The position numbers and the translations under genes were made by a program. From Spirochaetota bacterium (lineage in GTDB: Bacteria > Spirochaetota > UBA4802 > UB4802), in the NCBI GenBank assembly GCA_026414805.1, contig JAOAIH010000002.1, forward strand, positions 7,156-71,155: a stretch of DNA of 64,000 bases, in the 5' to 3' direction. Of this stretch, positions 36,048 to 47,228 are shown one piece after another; within the stretch, counting starts at the first letter, position 1, and every line of letters begins with the position of its first letter. The notes below the pieces were generated by a model. The model was not told where the DNA came from and searched no databases. It worked only from the letters and a program-made list of their open reading frames with translations.

Positions 36048-37550
36048 ATGAAAAGAATTGTCACAGTAATGGTATTAATGTTGAATTTTGTTTTTTTTGC
36101 ATTCAGGTTATCTGCTACTACTACCAGAGATATGGGACTTGGATTATTTGAATACCCCTGGTTTATTGATGGGTTGCAGTCGTATATCTATGAAAACCCT
36201 GCATATATCAGCAATTACGGTGACAAGATATATGCTGAGCGAATTGGAATTATAAATGGGGAAAATAAAGGTGGTGTCATTTATAATATAAAAAATAATT
36301 TGTTTATTGGAGTAGATTTGGGATCTCCAGTTGATACAAGCCTATGGAATACTAATGCTGTAGATAGCTTATTTAATGTAGATGTTTATTCAGCAAAATG
36401 TAAATCACACTACAACCATTCTATTATTACATCACAGTCAATGAAAGCATATCAGGTTGAATTGCTTGATGAAACAATTTTAGATATAAAAGATCCCTAT
36501 GATGCAAGTGAGCTTGTTGGTACCAACACTACATCGCCTCAATTACGTGAAAAGCTTAATCAGCGAAACTTCAGTGCATTATTTGGCTATAAGTTAAATA
36601 AATTTAGTGTTGGTTTTTATGCAGGCTACGCCACTTCATGGAAACATTACCGTGACAGCACTTCGGCAACAAATTCACATGAAGAATATAATCTAATCAA
36701 TGCTGAGTATTCTGCCAAATTAGGAGTTTCATATATAATAAATAATAAGGTAAGCTTTGATATATCAGGATTCTTTTTCATGTATGCATTAGACAATAAT
36801 TATATGCAAAGAAAGCCTGGTATTGATTTTGATATGTCATACAAATCGGACGGTGCAATGGATTTTGGATCAAATCTAAGAGTTAATTATGCAATGACTA
36901 ATAATCAAAAAGTGCATTTTTATGTAAGTTACTGGATGTTAAACAGAAGTACAAAAGGTGAGATGCTTATATCTGATTCAAAACCCATTAATAATGTAAA
37001 TGCTACTGATACCTTTGAACGTAAAGGTCAGAAAATAAGTGCTGGTGTTTCAGATGAGATAAGTATTGATAAGAATATGATAGTGTTCATTGGATTTTTA
37101 ACTAATATAGAATTCTTTAAAAATAATTACTACGGAGTGGATGCCATAACTCCCGCAAATAACGTAGATACGTATACGTTAAATTACAAGGCAATAGAAG
37201 TACCCGTAATAATTGGCCTTGAAGCTAATGTAAGTGAAAATTGGAAAGGACGCTTAGGGCTTGTGCAAAAGATATACAAACCATTGTCGTATGATGGTAC
37301 CAATATAATTAATCAAGGTGCAAATAAGATTCCTACCACCATTGATGAAATATCATCTTCATCTTCTACATTATATACAGGGCTATCCTATAAATTAAAT
37401 AATTTTACTTTTGATTGGCTGATGAATGTTGAATTATTTACGGTTGGTCCATACATTATTTCAGGTAAGTCCTGGACGGCTAATAATGAAAATCCTTTGG
37501 CTTTTGCATTTGCAATTACTTATAATTTTGAAACCAAAAGTAGTGAATAA
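36048..37550 (+). CDS. secreted 500-aa protein, predicted outer-membrane beta-barrel of unknown family
   Basis: GGAGG Shine-Dalgarno and signal peptide. Numerous amphipathic beta-strand segments rich in Y/F/N/S/G ('FSVGFYAGYATSW', 'VSFDISGFFFMYAL', 'VHFYVSYWML', 'LAFAFAITYNFE'). No soluble POTRA-like N-domain. Confidence 0.45.
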   Translation: MKRIVTVMVLMLNFVFFAFRLSATTTRDMGLGLFEYPWFIDGLQSYIYENPAYISNYGDKIYAERIGIINGENKGGVIYNIKNNLFIGVDLGSPVDTSLWNTNAVDSLFNVDVYSAKCKSHYNHSIITSQSMKAYQVELLDETILDIKDPYDASELVGTNTTSPQLREKLNQRNFSALFGYKLNKFSVGFYAGYATSWKHYRDSTSATNSHEEYNLINAEYSAKLGVSYIINNKVSFDISGFFFMYALDNNYMQRKPGIDFDMSYKSDGAMDFGSNLRVNYAMTNNQKVHFYVSYWMLNRSTKGEMLISDSKPINNVNATDTFERKGQKISAGVSDEISIDKNMIVFIGFLTNIEFFKNNYYGVDAITPANNVDTYTLNYKAIEVPVIIGLEANVSENWKGRLGLVQKIYKPLSYDGTNIINQGANKIPTTIDEISSSSSTLYTGLSYKLNNFTFDWLMNVELFTVGPYIISGKSWTANNENPLAFAFAITYNFETKSSE

Positions 37551-37576
37551 TCTAACTGTTATTTTAAAAAAGAAGA

Positions 37577-37605
37577 CCCCTGAATTATCCAGGGGTTTTC
37601 TTTTT
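37577..37605 (+). terminator. rho-independent terminator closing the surface-protein locus
   Basis: CCCCTG-aattatc-CAGGGG hairpin (37577..37595) followed by TTTTCTTTTT. Lies 27 nt after the stop of the 36048..37550 gene. Confidence 0.85.
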
Positions 37606-37784
37606 AACAGTTTGTCAACGTGTCACTATTACATAAAAGTAACAAATATTATTTCATACTATTGTAATATATTTATCGTCTATTGAAAACATAGTAAATA
37701 TTTCAGCATTAATTAAATTTTTATAAATAAATATCTTGCAATTATGTTAATTTATATTATTTATATATTCAGATATAAGGTGAT

Positions 37785-39923
37785 ATGGGGGTTGTGATGG
37801 AAGCAAAAAATATAATAAGGCAATTCCAGAAATATGGTACAGGTGTTATTTTATTCAATGCGATTATATTTATCATTATATTACAGCTTTCATTCCCACT
37901 ATTTCAGGATACAAGATTATTAATTACATTTTTAATCTTATGGGTTATTTCGTTTACCTCATTATTTATTTATTATATGTGGATGGTTAAAAGTATAATT
38001 AAAATTATTGAATCGGATGATGAGCAAAAAGAATACAAAATTTTTAATAAATTTAAAGTAAGTGCTAAGCAAACGATGCTTTTGAACATTGGTTATTTGG
38101 TTTTAGTTTATATTCCGCTATTCTTTTTTATGTATTTCCTGTATGGATACAATAATGTATATTATCACTTTTATGTTTTTTTTATTTTAGCATTTGTATT
38201 CTTGTTTTTGGGATTTAATTCGATGTTAGTTTGGTATACTCGTACATATCCCCTTGGAAGATTTGGTATACCAATTGCTGTGCAACGATTGCGAAGCAAG
38301 ATAGTTAGTATAGTATTGCCTATAACATTACTAACATCTGTGTTTATGTTGGTGCTATTTTATAAAATTGATAAATCCAATGTTGAATCATTAACTGCTT
38401 CTAGGATATTTGATGTTTTACAACAAATACAGATTGATTCAAAAGACTCATTTATTAAATCAATACCATCTATAGTTAATGAATATAATGGTGTAGTATT
38501 GGTTTGTGAGGATGAACAAATTGTTCAATGTAACAAGGAAGAATTTATTTCACAAAACATCCATAAAATTATAAATAAAGGCAAACAACCACAATTTCTA
38601 TATAACAAGACAATCAATTTTTTAAAAAATATAAAGAATAAAAACTTTTCAAGTACTGAAGGTGTATTTGAAGGTGAACAGGCGGTTTTATTTACTTATT
38701 CAGTACCTGATAGCAATAAAATAATACTTGTTGCATTCATAGAAAAAATATTATATTCTTCGGTATATAAGAGCATCTTTTATATCACATTAGGAATGAT
38801 TATTATTAATTTAGCAATCAGATATATAATTAACCGTCGTTTGATGAATTTGTCTTTAGCATTGGATATTGCTATGCCTTCATTACAGAAAGCTACTCGT
38901 GGTGATCTAACCGGCGAAATTAAACTTATAAAATCCCGCGACATAATGGAAGATTTTATTCGCAGTTTTATTGGCTTCAGGGAGCAGATAATTGATTTTA
39001 TACGCAAATCAAATGAACTCAGCGAAAAGGTATTGCTGTCATCTGAAGCTCTGGCATTTTCAGGAAAATCAATAAAGGAAGAAGCTGCTCAACAGGCTCA
39101 AAATATTGAAGAGGTGACCTCAATAATTGCAGAAGTATCAGGTGCTTTTTACACAATAGCTTCTGATGCCAACAAACAAAGTGAAATCTTAAAAAACCTT
39201 GAAGATATTATAAATAATCTCAATGAGGCAATGAATAGGCTCAATAACGATGCTAAACAGGTTATAGTTGCAATTCAAGGGGTACAAAAAAGTGCTCGTG
39301 ATAGTGAAACGCTGGTAACAAGTACTGCAGAATCTTCAAAACAAATTGCAACATTTTTTGAAAACATCATGAATGTTATTGGCCTAATATCAGATATTGC
39401 CGAACAGGTTAACCTGCTATCGCTTAACGCATCCATAGAAGCTGCACGCGCTGGTGAGCATGGAAGGGGGTTTGCCGTTGTTGCAGAAGAAATATCGCGG
39501 CTTGCAGACAGAACTGCACAAAATCTAAAGGAGATCACTAAGATCGTAAATGAAGGTAACACCGCGATGAACAGTAATATGAATATGATGAGCACAATGC
39601 GTCATGTACTGCTTTCTATTATTCAGGATATTGAACGCAGTGTAAATTTAATCACTGGTTTCATTGAAACAATCAATCAGCGGGTAATGGATTTTGCAAG
39701 GATCCATGAAGGCATTGCCAGTGCAAGTGAGTTTTCAAAGGGGCTATCGCTATCAATGGCCGAATTAAGTGATAATACCAAAAAGATAGTACAGTCTATT
39801 GAAAGTGTGAATGCAGTTGCAGGCCAGTTTGTTTCACTGTCTGAAAATTTAACTACTACTTCTTCAGAACTTGAAGCTATGGCAGCAGAACTTAAAAAGG
39901 TAATAGAACGATTCAAGATATAA
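37785..39923 (+). CDS. methyl-accepting chemotaxis protein with polytopic N-terminal membrane domain and HAMP
   Basis: About 6 N-terminal TM helices, a ~130-aa extracytoplasmic segment, another TM, a HAMP region, then the MCP signalling domain ('[35 protein letters not shown]'). The stop abuts the convergent purB stop with zero spacing. Confidence 0.85.
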   Translation: MGVVMEAKNIIRQFQKYGTGVILFNAIIFIIILQLSFPLFQDTRLLITFLILWVISFTSLFIYYMWMVKSIIKIIESDDEQKEYKIFNKFKVSAKQTMLLNIGYLVLVYIPLFFFMYFLYGYNNVYYHFYVFFILAFVFLFLGFNSMLVWYTRTYPLGRFGIPIAVQRLRSKIVSIVLPITLLTSVFMLVLFYKIDKSNVESLTASRIFDVLQQIQIDSKDSFIKSIPSIVNEYNGVVLVCEDEQIVQCNKEEFISQNIHKIINKGKQPQFLYNKTINFLKNIKNKNFSSTEGVFEGEQAVLFTYSVPDSNKIILVAFIEKILYSSVYKSIFYITLGMIIINLAIRYIINRRLMNLSLALDIAMPSLQKATRGDLTGEIKLIKSRDIMEDFIRSFIGFREQIIDFIRKSNELSEKVLLSSEALAFSGKSIKEEAAQQAQNIEEVTSIIAEVSGAFYTIASDANKQSEILKNLEDIINNLNEAMNRLNNDAKQVIVAIQGVQKSARDSETLVTSTAESSKQIATFFENIMNVIGLISDIAEQVNLLSLNASIEAARAGEHGRGFAVVAEEISRLADRTAQNLKEITKIVNEGNTAMNSNMNMMSTMRHVLLSIIQDIERSVNLITGFIETINQRVMDFARIHEGIASASEFSKGLSLSMAELSDNTKKIVQSIESVNAVAGQFVSLSENLTTTSSELEAMAAELKKVIERFKI

Positions 39924-41219
39924 TTATTCTAAACCAGCTTTCTTAAAAACATAGTCAATATTATGCAGGAAATTATCAAGTGTAAATATTTCTTCTATTT
40001 CTTCGCGTGAAAGTTTTGTTTGTATTCTTGTATCGTTAAGCGATAGCTCTTTTAATGAGCCCCCTTCATTCCAAACTTTCATGGCATTGTCCTGCACTAT
40101 CTGGTATGCTTCTTCTCGTGTATAGCCTTTTTCTACTAATTTTAGCAGTAACCCTTGTGAATAGAATAACCCGCCTGTTTTTTCAATGGTTTTCATCATG
40201 GCTTCAGGATATACATGAAGATTTTCTAGTATAAAAATCATTCTTGATAACAGATAATCCAATGCGATTGTACTGTCGGGTAAGATAACGCGCTCAGCAG
40301 ATGAATGGGAAATATCACGTTCATGCCATAATGTCATATTATCCAATGCAACCATTAGATTGGCCTTTATTACACGTGATAATCCTGATATCCTTTCACA
40401 CAAAATAGGGTTTCGTTTATGCGGCATTGCGGAAGAACCTTTTTGCCCTTTTTGGAAAGGCTCTTCAACTTCACGTACTTCGGTACGCTGCAGGTGTCGT
40501 ATCTCTGTAGCTAACTTATCTAATGTGCCTGCGCAAATTGCAATTGCAGACATATAGTGAGCGTGCCTGTCCCTCTGGATTATCTGTGTTGAAATTGGGT
40601 CAGGTTTAAGTCCAAGCTTTTGGCACACTATTACCTCAACCTGTGGATCAATATTGCTAAAAGTGCCAACAGCACCTGAAAGTTTTCCATAAGATATTTC
40701 GTCGATAGCATCCTGCATTCTTTTACGGTTACGTAAAAACTCATGATAATATAATGCCATCTTTGTGCCAAATGTGGTTGGCTCAGCATGAACGCCATGA
40801 GAACGGCCCATGCACGGTGTATGTTTGTATTTCAGTGCTAACTTTTTTAAAACTTCTAAAAGTTGATCAATATCATTGAGTATTATCTGTCCAGCCTGTT
40901 TCATCTGAATTGATAATGCAGTATCAACTATGTCGCTTGATGTAAGACCATAATGAATATATCTGCTGGATGGGCCCACATATTCGGCAACACAGGTTAA
41001 AAATGCTATCACGTCATGATGCACTTGATTTTCAATCTCTTCAATACGTGCAACATCAAATCGAGCTTTTTCTTTAATTATAGCTAAATCTTCAGGGGGT
41101 ATAATACCTAACTGCGCATTAGCTTCACAGGCAGCTATTTCAATATCAAGCCATATTCTAAATTTATTTTCTAAGGACCATATATCTGCAATGTGCTTTC
41201 GAGAATATCTATCAATCAT
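39924..41219 (-). CDS. purB: adenylosuccinate lyase
   Basis: Fumarate-lyase family with the PurB N-terminus 'MIDRYSRKHIADIWSLENKF' and 'GSSAMPHKRNP' signature. Start assigned to ATG 41219; the ORF is open upstream to 41300. Confidence 0.9.
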   Translation of the reverse strand: MIDRYSRKHIADIWSLENKFRIWLDIEIAACEANAQLGIIPPEDLAIIKEKARFDVARIEEIENQVHHDVIAFLTCVAEYVGPSSRYIHYGLTSSDIVDTALSIQMKQAGQIILNDIDQLLEVLKKLALKYKHTPCMGRSHGVHAEPTTFGTKMALYYHEFLRNRKRMQDAIDEISYGKLSGAVGTFSNIDPQVEVIVCQKLGLKPDPISTQIIQRDRHAHYMSAIAICAGTLDKLATEIRHLQRTEVREVEEPFQKGQKGSSAMPHKRNPILCERISGLSRVIKANLMVALDNMTLWHERDISHSSAERVILPDSTIALDYLLSRMIFILENLHVYPEAMMKTIEKTGGLFYSQGLLLKLVEKGYTREEAYQIVQDNAMKVWNEGGSLKELSLNDTRIQTKLSREEIEEIFTLDNFLHNIDYVFKKAGLE

Positions 41220-41409
41220 ATAAACCTCATGCACCAATATAGCGTTATAATATTTATTTATGAAAAAGCTAAATCTTGATATAGCTATCAAAATTATCAA
41301 GTAAAAAACAATAAATTAATAATAATGTGATCAAATTACTGCTTGACGGATAGGCTTAAAGTATAGCATCAATGTTCAAAAATACCATAATTTTTATAAA
41401 GGAAATGAT

Positions 41410-42747
41410 ATGGAATATCTTAACCAGATACGTGATTTTGTATGGGGTACGCCGCTTATCATTTTGTTATTGGGCACGGGCATTTATCTCACAATTTTGC
41501 TTAAGGGATTACAGTTTAGGACATTGTTTTCTTCATTATATCTGGCATTAGTTAAGCGCAAAGAGCATGGTGCTCATCCAGGAGATATCTCACATTTTCA
41601 GGCGCTGATGACAGCGTTGGCTGCTACCGTTGGTACTGGCAACATTGCTGGAGTAGCTTCTGCAATCGCCATTGGTGGGCCCGGTGCAATGTTCTGGATG
41701 TGGCTCACAGGTTTGTTTGGCATGGCTACAAAATACAGTGAGGCTGTTTTGGCAGTAAAGTACCGTGAAGTTGATGCACTGGGTACTATGTCAGGTGGGC
41801 CCATGTACTATATAGAAAAAGGTTTAAAGAATAGCTGGCTTGCAATGATATTTGCCGTATTTGCAGCATGTGCAGCGTTTGGCACCGGCAATATGATACA
41901 GTCAAACTCAGTTGCCGAAGCCATGAAAGCAACATTTAATATTGACCACTGGATTACCGGCATTGTTCTTTTTATTCTTACATTTTTGGTTATAATGGGT
42001 GGAATAAAAAGTATTGCTCGCGCTGCTTCGGCAATAGTACCTGTAATGATTTTATTTTATATGATAGCTGGCACAGTAGTGTTGGTGATATACAGTGACA
42101 AAATTTTATATGCATTTGAACTGATACTTGTGCATGCATTTACGCCTGTGGCTGCAGCTGGTGGCTTTGCTGGTGCTACTGTTAAGATGGCCATGCAGAT
42201 GGGAGTTTCACGAGGATTATTATCCAATGAATCCGGGTTAGGTAGTTCACCTATAGCGGCTGCTGCAGCAAAGACTGATGAACCGGTACGTCAGGCGCTT
42301 GTGTCCATGACACAGACATTTATTGATACAATAGTAGTATGTACTTTTACAGGACTTGTTATTCTGGTTACAGACGCATGGAAAACGGGTAAAACTGCTG
42401 CAGCGTTGACAGAACATGCATTCTCGTTAGGATTACCTGGCACATGGGGTGGTATTGTAGTATCATTAAGTCTTATATTCTTTGCATATTCTACAATATT
42501 GGGATGGGCATATTATGGCGAAAAATCGGTTGAGTATATAGTTGGTGAAAAAGCAATAAAACCATATAGGCTACTCTGGGTGATCGTCGTTTTTGTTGGA
42601 GCTGTCGGCAAATTAGAAGTAGTGTGGACAATTACGGATATCATGAATGGCCTTATGGCATTCCCCAACCTTGTTGCCTTATTAGGGCTTTCGTTTGTCA
42701 TAAAAAATGAAACAAATCATTTCTTCAGCAAACATAATTCTGTATAG
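41410..42747 (+). CDS. agcS: sodium:alanine (amino acid) symporter, AGCS family
   Basis: 445-aa polytopic protein with the AGCS signature region '[36 protein letters not shown]'. Confidence 0.85.
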   Translation: MEYLNQIRDFVWGTPLIILLLGTGIYLTILLKGLQFRTLFSSLYLALVKRKEHGAHPGDISHFQALMTALAATVGTGNIAGVASAIAIGGPGAMFWMWLTGLFGMATKYSEAVLAVKYREVDALGTMSGGPMYYIEKGLKNSWLAMIFAVFAACAAFGTGNMIQSNSVAEAMKATFNIDHWITGIVLFILTFLVIMGGIKSIARAASAIVPVMILFYMIAGTVVLVIYSDKILYAFELILVHAFTPVAAAGGFAGATVKMAMQMGVSRGLLSNESGLGSSPIAAAAAKTDEPVRQALVSMTQTFIDTIVVCTFTGLVILVTDAWKTGKTAAALTEHAFSLGLPGTWGGIVVSLSLIFFAYSTILGWAYYGEKSVEYIVGEKAIKPYRLLWVIVVFVGAVGKLEVVWTITDIMNGLMAFPNLVALLGLSFVIKNETNHFFSKHNSV

Positions 42748-42816
42748 CTAAATGTTTTTACAATGAGCTATCGCCACAATACTATTTCTGCGTTTGGGGG
42801 AAAATAATAATTAACT

Positions 42817-44403
42817 ATGAAATTCTTAATCAAATGTAAAATACAGTTTGTAATTTTTGCAGTAATAAATTTTATTTCGTGTACACGCTTTGAGACAGTG
42901 CGTGATCCCTATACATTATATGTACATATTTCGGCTGAACCTGGGCACCTAAACCCCATTACCTCAAACGAAGCTATTGCATCGTCAATAAACACCTATA
43001 TCTACGAAACGCTCCTTGACAGGGATTTTGATAGCCTTGAATTAAAACCGCAGCTTGCCGAAAAATGGGAAATATCTCATGATAAATTACATTATCGTTT
43101 TTATCTTAAAAAAAATATTTTTTGGAGCGATGGCAAGCCTTTTACTGCTGATGATATTGTGTATTCTTTCAAAGTGATTAAAGACCCAAAGGTTGCAAAT
43201 GCTCCATTAAAGGTGTACTATATCGATGTTAAGAGTGTAAAAAAAATATCTCCCTACATTGTTGAGTTTACGTATTCAAAGCCGTATTTCCTGGCTTTAG
43301 AAATTTGTGGAAGCATTCCGATAGTACCAAAGCATATTTTTGATGATGGCACTGATTTTAATACACACAAACATAACAGACATCCTGTTGGTACTGGCCC
43401 ATATAAATTTGTCAAATGGAATACCGGTAAAACCATAGAATTAGCGGTAAACGATAGTTACTGGGGAAAAAAACCTGAGATACAGCGCATTGTGTATAAA
43501 GTCATTCCCGAACCTAATGTGGCGCTTCAGATGTTAAAAAAAGGTGAACTTGATGTTATGGCTCTGCGCCCAATCCAATGGGTACGGCAGACAAATTCAC
43601 AACACTTTCAAGAATCCTTTTATAAATTTATGTATTATCAGCCATATTACAATTACATTGGGTGGAATGCCCGCAATCCACTGTTTAAAGATAAAAATGT
43701 CAGAAAAGCGCTTACCATGCTTGTCAATCGTCAGGCAATATTAGACAGCTTGCTTTTTGGATTGGGGGTAGTTGTTACAGGTCCTTTTTATATTCATGAC
43801 AAGTATTACAATCATGATATACAACCTTTACCGTATGATCCTGTAAAAGCCAAAATGTTATTACATCAATCTGGCTGGACAGATAGCAACGGCGATGGTA
43901 TTCTTGACAAAGATGGCGTCCCTTTTAAATTTACCTTAACGATAGCTTCTGCAAGCAAATTTGCTGAACGTCTAGCAACCATTTTAAAAGAAGACTTTGC
44001 AAAAGCTGGCATACAGATGGATATAAACCGCTATGAATGGGCTGTATTTGTGAATAAAGTGGATAAACGTGATTTTGATGCGGTTACTTTGGGCTGGTCT
44101 TTATCATGGGAGGGTGATCCTTACCAGCTGTGGCATTCGTCACAGGTCAAAGCAGGTTCAAATTTTTGTTACTTTATCAATGCAGAAGCTGATAAGATTA
44201 TTGAAAATGCACGCAAAGAATTTGACGTTGAAAAAAGAATAAAAATGTATCGCCGTTTTCATGAGATAATCCATGATGAGCAGCCGTATACATTTTTATA
44301 TTGCACTCCTGCATTGGTAGTAGTAAGTAAGCGTTTTGACAATGTTATTGTACATAAACGTGGATTAAATTATGTAGAATGGAAGGTTGGGCATCAACAA
44401 TGA
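42817..44403 (+). CDS. ABC transporter substrate-binding protein, family 5 (oligopeptide/dipeptide/nickel type)
   Basis: Lipoprotein-like signal ('FISC'), SBP_bac_5 architecture, and a GGGGG Shine-Dalgarno. The stop overlaps the permease start (ATGA). Confidence 0.85.
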   Translation: MKFLIKCKIQFVIFAVINFISCTRFETVRDPYTLYVHISAEPGHLNPITSNEAIASSINTYIYETLLDRDFDSLELKPQLAEKWEISHDKLHYRFYLKKNIFWSDGKPFTADDIVYSFKVIKDPKVANAPLKVYYIDVKSVKKISPYIVEFTYSKPYFLALEICGSIPIVPKHIFDDGTDFNTHKHNRHPVGTGPYKFVKWNTGKTIELAVNDSYWGKKPEIQRIVYKVIPEPNVALQMLKKGELDVMALRPIQWVRQTNSQHFQESFYKFMYYQPYYNYIGWNARNPLFKDKNVRKALTMLVNRQAILDSLLFGLGVVVTGPFYIHDKYYNHDIQPLPYDPVKAKMLLHQSGWTDSNGDGILDKDGVPFKFTLTIASASKFAERLATILKEDFAKAGIQMDINRYEWAVFVNKVDKRDFDAVTLGWSLSWEGDPYQLWHSSQVKAGSNFCYFINAEADKIIENARKEFDVEKRIKMYRRFHEIIHDEQPYTFLYCTPALVVVSKRFDNVIVHKRGLNYVEWKVGHQQ

Positions 44404-45401
44404 AGTACTACATACTTAAAAGAATACTTATAATTATACCTACTTTAATAGGTATAACGTTTATAACATATCTTATGATACGATTGGCTCCAGGCGATTT
44501 TACTTCTCTTAGAGCAGGCGTGGAAGGCGAATTAAAAGCGGGGAGCCTATCAAAAGAAATATTTGAGCAGGAAAAAAAACTCTATGGGCTTGATAAACCC
44601 ATCATTGTGGGGTATGCGGAATGGTTTTATAAAACAATACAACTAGATTTTGGTACCTCACGTAAAGATGGGCGCAAGGTTATTTTGCATATAGCAGATG
44701 CGTTGCCAATTACTCTTGCACTGAATGTTCTTTCTATTATAATTGTCTATATTATTTCCATCCCATTGGGTATCTATTCTTCGGTCAAAAAAGATACATT
44801 GCAGGATAGAATTATAAGTTTAGCATTATTTTTACTCTATTCCCTTCCATCTTTCTGGGTTGCCTTATTGTTGCTTAAATACTTAAGTGGTGGTGATTAC
44901 CTTAATTTATTTCCATTAGGTGGATTGTACTCCGACTGGTATGTCCAATTAAATCCTTTGCAGAAGTTTGCTGATATTATATGGCATTTAATTTTACCCG
45001 TGGTGACTTTAACCTATGGTGGATTTGCATTTTTATCGCGATACACACGTGCAACCATGCTTGATGTCATCAATCAACAATATATTATAACCGCACGAGC
45101 TAAGGGATTATCTGAAAAAAAGGTTTTATTTGTTCATGCATTTCGCAATTCATTAATACCATTGCTTACCCTTATGGCAACCATGCTTCCAGGGTTACTT
45201 GGAGGCAGTGTTATAGTAGAATCTATTTTTTCAATACCTGGAATGGGTATGCTGGCATTTGAATCGATACTGTCAAGGGATATACCCATTATAATGGCTA
45301 TAACCTCCATTTCGGCTTTTCTTACACTAATTGGGATATTTTTAGCAGATATCTTGTATGCTGTTGCTGATCCTCGCATACGGTTGGAGGCAAAACAATG
45401 A
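44400..45401 (+). CDS. ABC transporter permease, OppB/DppB-like
   Basis: 6-TM BPD-transporter permease with the conserved EAA-like loop region ('ITARAKGLSEKKVLFVHAFRNSLIPLLT'). ATG 44400 is coupled to the upstream stop. Confidence 0.85.
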   Translation: MKYYILKRILIIIPTLIGITFITYLMIRLAPGDFTSLRAGVEGELKAGSLSKEIFEQEKKLYGLDKPIIVGYAEWFYKTIQLDFGTSRKDGRKVILHIADALPITLALNVLSIIIVYIISIPLGIYSSVKKDTLQDRIISLALFLLYSLPSFWVALLLLKYLSGGDYLNLFPLGGLYSDWYVQLNPLQKFADIIWHLILPVVTLTYGGFAFLSRYTRATMLDVINQQYIITARAKGLSEKKVLFVHAFRNSLIPLLTLMATMLPGLLGGSVIVESIFSIPGMGMLAFESILSRDIPIIMAITSISAFLTLIGIFLADILYAVADPRIRLEAKQ

Positions 45402-46363
45402 AAGGCTACTGGTCAATCGTATGGAAGCGATTTGCTCAAAACAAGCTTGCTGTTACAGGTCTTTGCATTGTAATAGTATTATTTATTATAGCCTTATGTG
45501 CGCCACTAATAGCCAATAATAAACCATATATTTTAATTTATAAGGGTAAAACATATTTCCCACTTTTTTTTGATTATAAAGAATTTTCAGGAGTGGATTT
45601 TAAAAAACTAGAAGGATATAAAATATTCCCACCAATTCCATACTCATATTCAGAATATGATCTTAATGCTATTGTTCTCCCACCCACTTCCAAACATATT
45701 TTAGGAACAGACGAACAGGGTAGGGACCTTGCAGCACGAATGATTTATGGTACAAGAGTTTCCATATTTGTAGGATTTGTTGCGGTTTTTATTTATGTAA
45801 CTATTGGCATCATAATTGGTGCATTGGCAGGATATTATGGTGGCTGGGTTGATATACTGATATCACGAATAATTGAAATTGTTATGTGTTTCCCAACATT
45901 TTTTCTTATTCTTACCATTCTGGCACTTTGGGGACAGAGCCTTTTAAATGTAATGATAGTGATAGGAATAACAGGTTGGACAGGAATTGCACGAATTGTT
46001 CGTGGAGAATTCCTCAAATTACGTGAACAAGATTTTGTTATTGCATCTAAAGCACTGGGAGCCAGAGACTACTGGATTATTTTCAGGCATATACTGCCCA
46101 ATGCCATGGCTCCTGTTATGGTTTCGGCAACATTTGGAATTGCTTCTACTATACTTATTGAATCATCACTGAGTTTTTTGGGTTTTGGAGTTCAGCCACC
46201 AACACCAAGTTGGGGCGACATTTTATCACAATCACGTGATTTTATCGACTTTGCATGGTGGTTGACATTGATACCTGGCTTTGCTATATTTATAACCATA
46301 ACATCATATAATTTAGTTGGCGAAGGATTGCAGGATGCGCTTGATCCAAAGCAATATCGTTAA
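45398..46363 (+). CDS. ABC transporter permease, OppC/DppC-like
   Basis: OppC-type N-terminus and permease core ('IASKALGARDYWIIFRHILPNAMAPVMV'). 4-bp overlap with the OppB-like gene. Confidence 0.85.
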   Translation: MKGYWSIVWKRFAQNKLAVTGLCIVIVLFIIALCAPLIANNKPYILIYKGKTYFPLFFDYKEFSGVDFKKLEGYKIFPPIPYSYSEYDLNAIVLPPTSKHILGTDEQGRDLAARMIYGTRVSIFVGFVAVFIYVTIGIIIGALAGYYGGWVDILISRIIEIVMCFPTFFLILTILALWGQSLLNVMIVIGITGWTGIARIVRGEFLKLREQDFVIASKALGARDYWIIFRHILPNAMAPVMVSATFGIASTILIESSLSFLGFGVQPPTPSWGDILSQSRDFIDFAWWLTLIPGFAIFITITSYNLVGEGLQDALDPKQYR

Positions 46364-47228
46364 AATTTCATTTGTGTTTGTTGTATCAATTTTCATTTCG
46401 TGTCTTTCTTTTTTTGAAGAAAAGCAGGAAACGAAAGACCTGCTACCTAGTGAAACAGAACTTTATACCTGGAAACTAATAAAAATAACAAGTATAAATA
46501 ATAAAAATGAAATATTGAGCGTCTCTCCACATTACTACCAATATTATGCTGTTACCGAAATTGTGAAAGGTGAATATCAATCAATAAACAACCCAGCAGT
46601 TTATATAACAGTTACTATCGCCAAAACTACAACGATAGATGATGCATATGGACTTTTTACCCGTGAACGAGTAAATAATGAAAAATCTAATCTAAAAAAT
46701 AATTACAGCATTTACTGGAAAAACAGAAGTATTGCATTCAAGGGAAATATGTTAATCAAACTAGAAACAAATGATACAGATTATATAAAAACTCAGAAAA
46801 ATATGATTGAATTAATACTTGAAAAAATACAACTAAAGCAGGCTCTTCCCGACAGCATTAATACTATAGCCAAATATTGTGCACTTGATAATGTTATTAT
46901 ATTCAATGAAGGCATTCCGCCAATACCGTATATAAAAAAAATAATTGTTTGCAAAAAGCTCATCGAATCTAAGGAAATAACCGCATATTACAAGATATAT
47001 ACTACTAATCTTGAAGCATCTCAAAATTTTGATATGATGGTAACAATTGACAATACGTTGATGTTAGTGGAATCAGGTAAAATCAAATTAGCATTTAAAA
47101 AGTTTGGCGATAGTTACTGTTATATAGCTCAATATAATGAATGGATTTTTGGCGTATATGACATAACAGATTATAACATTGGTAAACAATATACGTATAC
47201 CCTTTACAAAGAATTGAGTACTCCATGA
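46335..47228 (+). CDS. hypothetical lipoprotein
   Basis: Signal peptide with lipobox ('VVSIFISC'). No conserved domain recognised. Overlaps the 3' end of the oppC-like gene and abuts the phosphatase gene. The ORF is open from ATG 46317. Confidence 0.5.
   Translation: MRLIQSNIVKISFVFVVSIFISCLSFFEEKQETKDLLPSETELYTWKLIKITSINNKNEILSVSPHYYQYYAVTEIVKGEYQSINNPAVYITVTIAKTTTIDDAYGLFTRERVNNEKSNLKNNYSIYWKNRSIAFKGNMLIKLETNDTDYIKTQKNMIELILEKIQLKQALPDSINTIAKYCALDNVIIFNEGIPPIPYIKKIIVCKKLIESKEITAYYKIYTTNLEASQNFDMMVTIDNTLMLVESGKIKLAFKKFGDSYCYIAQYNEWIFGVYDITDYNIGKQYTYTLYKELSTP

Noticed and set aside
36048-37550. Two-partner secretion (TpsB) or autotransporter interpretation of the giant proteins and downstream barrel
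   Set aside because: The 500-aa barrel candidate lacks POTRA-like soluble N-terminal domains. The giants lack an N-terminal TPS domain or a C-terminal translocator barrel. Gene order (cargo upstream of barrels) is also atypical for TPS.
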